Shown here: piece by piece, positions 51,241 to 60,781 of the stretch
Layout of the letters: the number at the start of each line of letters is the position of its first letter
How positions within the stretch are numbered: the first letter of the stretch is position 1
Origin: Parvularia atlantis
Lineage: Eukaryota
Length of the DNA: 60,781 nt
NCBI GenBank assembly: GCA_943704415.1
Contig: CALSCO010001022.1
Location: 1-60,781, forward strand
Direction of reading: 5' to 3'
Program-made: the position numbers and the translations under genes
Notes under the pieces: generated by a model
Seen by the model: the letters and a program-made list of their open reading frames with translations, nothing else
What the model was told of the DNA's origin: nothing
The model's database searches: none

Positions 51241-54200
51241 TCACATGCTCGTCTCGTCGGCGGCGGAGGGCTCAAGCACGACGCTGCCGTCGCCCACGGG
51301 ACCCTCGCTCATGCACGCCATCAGCAGGGCAACGAGCACGTCCTTCGTGTACGGCTTGACGACGTACTGGGTCATGCCGGCGTCAATCGCGGCCTGCACG
51401 TGCACGTCACGCGCGTTGCCCGAGATGCCGATGATGGGCACGCGCGACCAGCCCAGGCGCCGCTCGACCGCGCGGATCTGCCGCGTCGCCTCCAGCCCGC
51501 CCATCACGGGCATCTCCACGTCCATCAAGATCGCGTCGTACGGCTCGCTTCGTCCCTCCACACGCTGCACCGCCTCCAGCCCGTTCGAGGCCACGTCCGT
51601 GTCGCATCGCACCGATGTGAGCGAGTGCAGCTGGCGTTGCAGGATGCGCTGGTTGATCTCGTTGTCGTCGACCACTGGCGCGCGCCCCGTCGGCACGTTG
51701 CGAAGGAGCACAGCGAGCGGCCGCGCACGCACCGAGCACACGTACAGGCCGCTCGGTCGCCTCGCTCCGCCGCCGCTTGCGCACCGAGTGCATCTGCAGC
51801 CGCGCGTCGATCTGCAACTGCACTGCCGGCGTCATGTCGCCGTCGGCGAGTGGCTGCGGCGTCGGCTGCGGCTGCACTTGCGGCTGCGGCGTGGACGGCA
51901 CAACCGGCAGCGACGTCGCCACGAACTCGAGGCTGACCGAGTGCATCGTCGGGCCCATGTCCTGCTTGAGCTGCCGCAGCTCGGTCGCGATCGACGACGA
52001 CAGCGCGGCGAGCTCGCACTGGTTGCGCGCCGCCGCGGCCTCGTCGCGCTCTGGGTCGACCGTCGGCACGACCGGCACTGTCAGCTTCACCTCGAACACC
52101 GCGCCTGCGCCCGGCGAGCTCTCGACCGTGATTTGCCCGCCCAACAGGTCAACCAGCAGCTTGGAGATGTACAGGCCCAGGCCTGTGCCGCCGTAGCGGC
52201 TGTAGGTGCGCGTGTTGGCCTGGCGGAAGCGCTGGAACAGCGACGCGACCTCGCGCGGCTCCATGCCCACGCCCGTGTCGGCCACCGAGATCGTCACTGT
52301 CGCCGTCGGGCCGTTGCTGTCGGGCGGGTCGCCGGAGCTGCTGACGCTGGAGCTTCGGCCGCCCGCCGCGCTCGCCACGCTCGTCGGCGACGACGCAGAC
52401 ACGTACTGCCCGAGCGCGCCGGCCGTCGACGGGTTCGCGTCCGGGCTGATCGGCGTCAGCGGCTGACGCTGCTGCTGCTGACGCTGCTGCTGCTGCGCTT
52501 GCTGCGGCTGAAGGGGCGACGGCGAGCTGATCGACGATCCCGCCAGATCCGCTGTCGACGACGCGCCCGACGACGACGGCGGCGGCGTCAGGCTGCTCGT
52601 CACGCGCACGCGCACTTCCCGCCGCGTGCAGCCGACCGTGAACTTGAGCGCGTTCGACACAAGGTTGATCAAGATCTGCCGAGCAGCGCGTGCGTCGACC
52701 ATCACGCAAGTACCGTCAAACGGCACCGCGCGCACCTGCGCCAACCGGTACGGGTCTAACACGACCGTCAGGCTCTCGAGCGGCGGCGCCGGGCCCTCAA
52801 ACACGAGCGAGACGCTCGACGCGTGCGCCTGGGCGGCAAACATGTCGACGATGCGCTTGCACAACTGCGACGGCTGCGACGGCTCTGGGTTGAGCGCGAG
52901 ATTGCCCGAGCTGAGCTTGGACAGGTTGAGCACGTCGTCGGTGATCTTGCGCTGCGGGGCAGGCGAGGGGCGTGAGCATGACACACACACACACGCCGTT
53001 GCGCTGCATGACGCACCTGGTGCGACATGCACACGTCGATCGAGCTTAGCAGCGAAGCGTCGTCCGCAATCAATTCGAGCAGAAAGTCGCGCGTGGCGCA
53101 CGGCGGAAGCGAGTGCGCCAGCTGCGTCCGGCTGCGCGTGTTGGTCTGCATCAGCTCGACGCAGTTGACGATCCCATTGAGCGGGTTGCGGATCTCGTGG
53201 CAGACCATGTCCACAAACAGCTCCTGCTTGCGCCGGTGCTCGTCGGCCTCGGCCGCCCGGTGCCGTGACGCCTCCTCGGCCGCCTGCACCGCCGCCAGCC
53301 GCTCGGCCTCGAGCTGCTTGCGCTGCGTGATGTCGCTCATCGTCGCGACCATGCCCACGACCTCCCCATCCGCGTCAAACTCGAGCAGGCCCTCGGCCGC
53401 CAGCCACACAACCCGCCCGTCGCACGGCCGCACGAGCCGGAACTCGATTTGCTGCGGTGCATTGGGCTTGTTGGCGTACATCTCGTGGCAGATCCCGTCG
53501 ACCTTGGCACGGTCCTCGTCGTGCACGTACGCGTGCCAGCCCGCGATCGCCTCGCCCGTTACGTTGTTTTCGACGCCGATCAGCTCCACGAACCGCCGCG
53601 TCGCGTAGATCGGGCGGCCCTGTGCGCGCCGCGTCGTCAGCCCCCACGAGCGCACACCTGCTCAGCAAGCACACCTGACAGTCGCAGCGGAACACACCCA
53701 CCGGGTTGAGCACGATCAGCGTCCGGTACAGATTGCGGCTCTCGATCAGCGCGCGCGTCTGCGTCTGCACCAGGCTCTCGAGGTGCCGCCGCATCTGCCC
53801 GATCTTGGCCTGCGCGTGCACACGCGCCAGCAGCTCCTGCGCGCACGGCCGAGGTCGATCAGCGGGCACACCGAGGGCGAAGCGCACACGTACCCGCGAC
53901 GAGAACGGCTTGCTGAGGTAGTCGTCCGCGCCGCTGTGCAGGCCCTCCACGCGCGCGTCCTCGCCCGAGCGCGCCGAGAGCAGGATCACGGGCACGTAGC
54001 GCATGCGCTCGCTTTGCCGTAGCCGGCGCACGAGCGACGGTCCATCGAGCCGCGGCATCATCACGTCCGACAGCACCACGTCCGGCAGCCGCGCCGTGTG
54101 GGCGACGTACTCAAGCGCCGCCAGCCCGTCCGACACCGGCACGACCTCGTACGACCGCCGCAGGATCGCTTCGATGTACTGCGGCGGCGGCGTGTGCGCA

Positions 54201-56846
54201 TGTCAGCACGCAGAAGCAGCCTGCTGAGCGCGCACGAGACGCACGTTGCGCATATCGCGGTTGTCATCCACAAGCAGCACGAGCGGGCGCACGGGCGGGC
54301 TGCCGGGGGCGCGCAGCGGCAGGGTGAGGCTGACACGCGTGGGCTGGTGCAAGATCTCGAGCGTGGGTGCGTCGTCATGCCAGTGCACGAGCACCTCGTC
54401 CGAGGGGTGCGCGCGCCCGTCGTCCATCTGCATCTGCATGTCGGTGTCGCTGCTGAGGCTAGCGCGGACGGGCTCGGTGTTGGCCGCAGCGGCGTCGTCG
54501 GCCGCGTCCTCGTCGCCCAGCAGGCCCGGCATCGGCAGGCCCGGCATCAGGTCCATGTCGTTCATCGATAGCCGCAGCGACGTGAGCGAGCTGTCAGAGC
54601 GGCTCGCGGCGGGACCGTCGGCGGGCGTGGCGGGCGTGGCGTGGACGGCGGGCGTGATCCACTGCATGGCCTCGTGCACGAACTGGTTGGCGCCCGACGA
54701 CGCCCAGGCCACCGTCGCGTCCTCGCCAACCTTGGCCACGGCCTGTGCGAGACTGGGCGAGGCGAGCGGCACGGGATCGCTCCGGACTTGGTCGGCCGGC
54801 AGGTGGTCGCGCCCCGTCGGCAGCCAGACGGTGAACGCCGAGCCGCGCCCAAACTCGCTCTCGACCGAGACCCGCCCACCGTGCAGCTTGACGAGTTCCT
54901 GCGTGAGCGCAAGGCCGATGCCCGTGCCCTCAAAGCTGCGCCCGTGCGAGGCGTCGGCGCGGTAGAAGCGCTCAAACAGCCGTGGCAGGTCCTCGGCGCG
55001 GATACCGCAGCCCGTGTCGCGCACGGTGAGCGTCACGGCGTGCTCGGCCGGGTGCGCGCGCAGCACGACGTCGATGCGCCCGGCCAGGGTGAACTTGAAC
55101 GCGTTCGAAAGCAGGTTGAGCAGCACCGTCTCCCACATGCCCGCGTCGACGTAGACCGTCTCGCCGCCGCCGAGGTCGTCGCACTCAACGTGCAGCGTCA
55201 GGCCCGCGTCCTCGATCGCCGAGCGAAACGACGACGCCGCGTTGGCCGTGAGCTGCGCCAGGTCTGCGGGCGCGAAGACGGCGCGCATGCGCCCGGCCTC
55301 GACGCGGCTGTACTCGAGCAGGGCGTTGACGAGGCGGAGCAGGCGCTGCGTGTTGCGCTGCATCAGCTCAAGCCGCTCGCGCTGCACCTCGGGCAGGGCG
55401 TTCTCCTTGTCGGCCAGGGCCTCCTCGAGCGGGCCCTGGATGAGCGTGAGCGGCGTGCGGAACTCGTGAGAGACGTTGGAGAAGAACGCCGTCTTGGCGT
55501 GGTCGAGCTGCGCGAGCATCTGGACACGGCTCATTATCGCACGACTGACGCGTGTGTGCGCGCAGGCGTACCTCGGCACGGCGGCACTGCGCTTCAAACG
55601 ACACGGCCGCGCCCATCACCGTCGCAACCTGCAGCGTGACCAGGTCCAGGTGCGTCTGGTACCACTCGTCCAGCTGCTGCCGCGGGCTCACGCCGAGCAC
55701 GATCACGCCCAGCGGCATCTCCTCGGCCACGCCCGACGCCAGCAGCAGGGGCGCGACGACGCACGTGCGCGACGACTCGGGCCACGGCCCGCCTAGATCG
55801 CTGCGGTCAGCGGCAGCAGCCACGGAAGGGCGCAGGCATCGCACCGGGAAAGTCAACGCCGCAGCGCGTGTGGATGTCCTCGACGACGGTCGAGCGGCGC
55901 TCGCGCAGGACCTGGCGCGCCGCGGCCGCGATCACGTCGCCCTCCCCGGCCGCGCCGTCGGCGTCGCCCGTGACGGCGATGTGCGGCGCGGCGGCGGGGT
56001 GATTGGCGGCGATGTTGGCGTGGGCGCGCAGGTTGAGCTGAGCCCAGGGCCCGATCAGCCCACTGGGGGGTCGAAAGGGCCCGGGCCAGGTCAGGAACGC
56101 ACCGCCGACCCGTCGGCCGCGAGCTGGTAGATCAGCGCAAAGGTTGTGTCGCCCGTGTGCGCCGCGAGCACGTCGGCGCAGACCGTGCACGCTTGCTCGA
56201 CCGTGCGCGCGGTGCCGGAGCAGCGGCCGAGGTCGCCGAGGGCGCGCACGCGGCGGTCGCTGATGACACGCGACGTTTTCTCAAAGATGGGCGCGAAGAT
56301 GCCGCCGACGCTGCCGTCCGCTTGCAGTACGGCCGAGTAGGACCAGGTCAGGTATACCTCCTCGTTGTAGCCGTTGCGCGTGAGCGTGAAGCACCGGTCA
56401 ACGCACATCGTCGCCTGGCCGGTCGCCTTGACCGCGCGGAACATGGGCTCCATGATGTGCCACGCCTCGGGCAGGCACTCCCAGGCTGCGTGCACGGCGT
56501 GGTCAGGGTCCCGTGCGACACGAAACAGGCCCGCGACACGTCCGCGACGCGCCGCTTCAGCCCCTGCACAGCCTCCAGCGCGCGCACACGCACCGGGACG
56601 GCCGAACGCGACCGGGTGGCGCGCGCCGACGTGCGGGATGAGGCTGTCGTTGTACAGGTTGATCGAGTCGTCGCCCCAGAACAGGTGGATAGGGAACTTG
56701 GAGTTGAGCACGAGGTCGACGGCGTGGACGAGGCTCTCGGGCCAGTGCTCGACCGGGCCGAGCGCCGTCTTGGCCCAGTCGGTCGTGCGCACGAGCGCGC
56801 CGGTCTCGGTGCCGGCCCCGCCGCGGATGCGCTGCGTGCCGTCCAT
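51241..56846 (-). CDS. Dual hybrid histidine kinase (PAS/GAF-HisKA-HATPase-REC-PAS-HisKA-HATPase-REC)
   Basis: TDWAKTALGPVEHWP sensor N-terminus. H-boxes NVSHEFRTPL and MVCHEIRNPL. NLLSNAFKFT / NLVSNALKFT; DTGCGI / DTGVGM; GTGIGL / GTGLGL. Receivers SDVMMPRLDG and MDVEMPVMGG. Confidence 0.93.
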
Positions 56847-57025
56847 GGGCCGTGCCGCTGCACTGCTGTCTCTGCTCCCTGCTGCGTTGCGTGGCGCGTG
56901 AGCAGCAGCAGCAGCACACGACGCAGCGAGCGGCAAAAAAGGACGCCGAGGTGACGGAACGGCCGAGACCGGTCACAGCTCGCGCGCAGGGCAAGGCAGT
57001 GCGCCAGAAGCAGGCAGAAGGCAAA

Positions 57026-57086
57026 GTGCACGGGCGCGGCGACCGGGCTGGTGCACGGGCGCGGCGACCGGGCTGGTGCACGGGCG
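57026..57086. repeat. 25-nt tandem repeat (about 2.4 copies) in the HK/Ste50 divergent spacer
   Basis: gtgcacgggcgcggcgaccgggctg at 57026 and 57051, partial at 57076. Confidence 0.9.
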
Positions 57087-57158
57087 GCAAGGGCCGAGAC
57101 CCGAGGAGCGCGCCGAAAGGAGGCAGCAGCGCACTGTCATCATTGCGAACGTCGACCG

Positions 57159-60045
57159 ATGTTGACAACATCCGGCTTGCCGACTTTGGCGGCCACGGCG
57201 GCGGCGCGCGAGGCCGTGGCGCGCTGGGATGAGGCGCAGGTGCAGTGTTGTGCCGTGACGCTGGCCTGCGCGTTCTTGTGGAGGGCACCGGGCGGCGCGG
57301 GAGAGTGCAAGACGCGATGAGACGTGATGTCTCACGCGCGTGTCACAGGTGTGCGTGTGGCTTGACGAGGCCGGGCTCGGCGAGCACGCCGCGGCCTTCG
57401 CGGCGCACCAAGTCACGGGCGACGTCCTGATCGAGCTCTCGCACGAGCTGCTCAAGGACATGGACGTGCACTCCGTCGGCAAGCGCGTCGCGGTCCTCAA
57501 GGCCATCGCGCGGCTGACGGGCGAAGTGCGCACGCGAGCCGCGATGCGAAGCGCTCTCACTCGTGCGCGCGCGCGCCGCGCAGCCGATGCGCACGCCGCC
57601 GGCCGACGCCGACAAGGGTGCGCATCGCCCACCGCTGCGGCGCCGCGGCTCGCACCGACGCCCGCGCACACGCCCATGCACATAGACAGCCTCATTGAGA
57701 CGCTGCAGGCGCAGCTCGCCGACGTCAAGCAGAGCCTCGCGAGCCTGCAGCAGGAGCTGCGGCGGCCGGCGGTGGCAGTGGGCGAGGTGAAGCGGCTGCA
57801 CCCCCGCCCGACCCTCGTGCTCACGCGCACCATTGCAGGCGCCGGTCGCCAAGCCACGCAAGGGCGCCACCGCAGCAGCAGCGGCAGCCCCCACACCCGT
57901 GCCAGCACACGCGCAGGTCGACAAGGGCCTGATCCGCCTCGTGAGCCACTCGCTGCGCGAGTTTGAAAACTACCGCACGGTCGTCGTCGCCGCCAACGAC
58001 AGCGCCGAGCACATCCTCCGCCTCGCCCTACGCAAGTACCACCTGCGCGAGCACGACTGGCGGCACTACGCGCTCTTCGTGCACCTCCAGGGTCGCGGTG
58101 CACCGCGTGTGCGGCACGACAGAGCCGCTGCTCATTTACCCACACGGCCAGAGCGATGCCTGCGCTACGACGAGAGTCCGCTGCTGATCAAGCAGCACGT
58201 CAAGAGCGTGCACCCGCACGACGAGCCCATGTTCGTCCTGCGCCACCTGCACCAGCTATCAGACGCGCAGCGCGAGGCCATCGGCGCCGCCTCGGCCGCC
58301 TCGACCCGCGTGTCGCGCGCGTCGTCGCTCGGCGTCGCGGTGCTAGTCAAGTGCGTTATGCTAAGCGGCTCACCGCGCACCGCTCAACGCTCATGCGCAC
58401 TGCAGCCAGCAGCAGGCCGCCGCGCCAGAGGACGAGCCCGTGCACGCCGTCGCGGTCTACATGTACGACGCGGCGCTCGAGGACGAGCTGACCGTGTCGA
58501 TCGGTGCGCGCCCGCTGCTGGTCTCGCGCACGCTCTCACATCGCATGCCGCAGGCGACCAGCTCACCGTGTACCAACGCGCCGAGGGCTGGTGGTACTGC
58601 GAGAACGATGGCAAGCTTGGCTGGGCGCCCGCGAGCTGCCTCGATCTGGTCAAGGTGCGCGCGGAGGCGCGCCGCTCGGCAGCAAGACACGCTCACGGCA
58701 GCGCCAGGTCGAGAAGCTTGAGCCGACCGAGGGCATCGTCCTGTTTGACTACACGGCTGGCGGTGCCAACGAACTCTCGATCGTGCACGGCGAGACCGTC
58801 GTCGTACGCTCGCGGCACCAGCACTGGCTCCTCGCCGAGAACGGTGGCCGCCGCGGCTGGGTCCCGTCGTGCTACATCACTGTGCCAAAGGGTACGGTGC
58901 TCCGAGCGCGCGCGCCGAGGCCGTCCGTGACGCTCGCGCGCAGGGAGCACCAGCAGTGCGAACGACGATTGGCAGAGCGGCCACGTCGCGCCCTCGACCG
59001 TTGTGCGTCAGCCCGCCCTGCCGCGCACAGCTCAAACGTAGCTGCACACGCGCAGGCAGCGGCGCAGACAGACACGCCCGTCGAGCTCGCGGACGACGAT
59101 GATGATCACAACGAGCAGACGGCCGACGACGGCCAGCACGTGCGCCTCCAGCCCGCCCACGAAGCAGTGTGCGCTGCCGTGCGCGCGACTACTCCGATCG
59201 CGCCGCCCACCGCCGTGCAGCAGGCGCCGCCAGCAAGCCTCGCGCCACATGGAGCGCATCAGCCGCGTGCTTGACGCCATCCCGACCGAGCTCTTCACGA
59301 AGATGGCTAAAGCCGAGCGCGACGACGAGGCCCGCGTCAACGTCAAGCAGTTGCTGATGGACATCGACGCGGACCTGCAGGACATGGGCAACCCGCCGGC
59401 GCTCGATGGCAACGACGTGCGCACCACCGCTTACCGTGCAAGCGCACGTGTCGCTCATGCGGCTCACAGCTCTCTACCGCCGTTATCCGCCAGCGCATCT
59501 CCCAGATGGTGCACGAGCTCGAGCAGCAGGGGCGGCCGTCCGCGATCAGGCACGCGTGCTCGTGCTCGTGCTCTGCAGGCGCCACTGACCCGCACCGACA
59601 ACTGCGCAGCACCGCGTCTGCCGTCGCCTCGCCGGCTGCAGCTGCGCGCCAAGCGGTGCGTGAAGGGTTCGAGCGCTGCAACTGCAACAACCGAGCTCAC
59701 TCACGCTCGGCACAGTCGATCGCGGTCATCGCGGCCAACGACAGCGGACCGCACGCGGCCGTGATCGAGGAGTGGCCCGCACCTCAGCCGCGCCCGGTCG
59801 CACGCCCCTCCGTGCCCGCCAAGCCCGCACGGCCCGTGCCGCCCACGACCGCTACGCGACCCGAACCGCGGCCCGTCCTTCGTCCAGCGAGCTCGCGTGT
59901 CACGCCGCCAGCAGACGGCACCGGCACGCGCTTCATTCCCGCACGCAACAGCAGCAGCAGCAACGGTGGCGGAAGCGGCGGGCCCGAGGACGAGCTCAAG
60001 CGGGCGATGGCGGCCATCGCGCGAAGGAACCTCGTCGCCGACTAG
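57159..60045 (+). CDS. Ste50/Ubc2-like MAPK adaptor (SAM, RA, 2x SH3, C-terminal extension)
   Basis: SAM WDEAQVCVWL..HQVTGDVLIELSHELLKDMDVHSVGKRVAVLKAI. RA ALRKYHLREHDWRHYALF..ERCLRYDESPL..PMFVLR. SH3 AVYMYDAALEDELTV..GWW..GWAPASCL and VLFDYTAGGANELSI..GWVPSCYI. Confidence 0.82.
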
Positions 60046-60261
60046 CGCCCACTAGCGCAGACTGAAACACGATTGTGACTTGTTTGTCTCAGGCTGCTGT
60101 TGCCATAACACGGCCGTTCAGTGGCCAGGCTGATGTGCACGTCGAGGCGGAAGGTGCGCGTCCTGCGCCCGGGCAGCACGCACCGGCGCTGCGACGTAAG
60201 CACGCCACGTGCGCGCTCTACGCAGACGACGAGCACAGCCGCGGTCGGTGGCGCAGCGACC

Positions 60262-60781
60262 ATGCGCAGCAGTTTCTCGACCATGGCGCTGTTCTTGCTG
60301 CTTGCACTGATCCCGCTGGCCCTAGTCGCCACGCTCAGCGTGAACGCGGTCAACACCTGCGACAAAAGTGTGTGCGCAACAGGCGCTCACATGCCGTGCT
60401 GACCGCAAGGACGCAGACCTCTTCACCAACCCGTCGTACTACGTCCCAGCCAACTGCAACGGGTGCGCCCCCTCTCCCCCATCCTCCTTGCACCGCATGC
60501 TCACGCGCATCCCCCGTCCGCGCCACACGCAGCAACGCGTACACGTACCAGTGCAGCAGCCGCGATGACGACTTTGGCCGATGCTGCGGCCCGACCTGCC
60601 CGGAGGTGATGCAGGACAGCGGCTACACCAACGCCAACAACGGCCGATGCACCAACAGGGTCGATGGCAGTGCGTGCGCAACGCTGCCGGACCACGGGGA
60701 ATATCCTGAGCACGATGCGCAGCATACGCGAGACTCGGGTGCCAGTTCTGTGACATTGACTACTGCTCGTGCTCGTTCACG
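60262..60781 (+). CDS. Secreted cysteine-rich protein, truncated at the window end
   Basis: Signal-like MALFLLLALIPLALVATL; spliced exons give ANCNG..YQCSS..RCCGPTCP..GCQFCDIDYCSCSF. Confidence 0.6.

Noticed and set aside
48763..57086. CRISPR-like arrays or transposon termini at the 60-nt and 25-nt direct repeats
   Set aside because: Only 2-3 copies, no unique spacers, no cas or transposase genes, eukaryotic context.

Overview
Compact, very GC-rich, intron-dense eukaryotic DNA carrying about 20 protein-coding genes. Introns are short (mostly about 45-100 nt), with a GTGCG-type donor and a CTGAC/CTCAC-type branch point, so the ORF track is fragmentary and gene models were spliced by eye. In order: Cch1/NALCN-type four-domain channel (+); CAMK kinase fused to a Hog1/p38-like pseudokinase (+); animal-type two-cyclase-domain membrane adenylyl cyclase (-); Ede1/Eps15 (+); DUF2461 (-); fungal-type neutral trehalase (+); cyclin H (-); trefoil-GH13 alpha-amylase (+); P2C Na/K-type ATPase (-); FAD oxidoreductase (+); intronless RING/NHL-like protein (+); ectodomain-7TM protein (+); F-box/WD40 (+); RPS9 (-) head-to-head with RPL21 (+); peroxisomal sarcosine/pipecolate/fructosyl-amine oxidase (+); MnmA/TRMU (+); WD40-coiled-coil protein (+); dual hybrid histidine kinase (-) head-to-head with a Ste50/Ubc2-like adaptor (+); and a truncated Cys-rich secreted protein (+). 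The mix of fungal-type and animal-type genes suggests an early-branching opisthokont, probably a holomycotan such as a nucleariid (inference). The strongest candidate for a novel system is the Rck2/MK2-like kinase covalently joined to a catalytically dead Hog1/p38 domain. Also notable are an S/D/E/E channel filter, frequent GC-AG introns and very tight bidirectional promoters. No rRNA, tRNA, transposon or CRISPR array was recognised.
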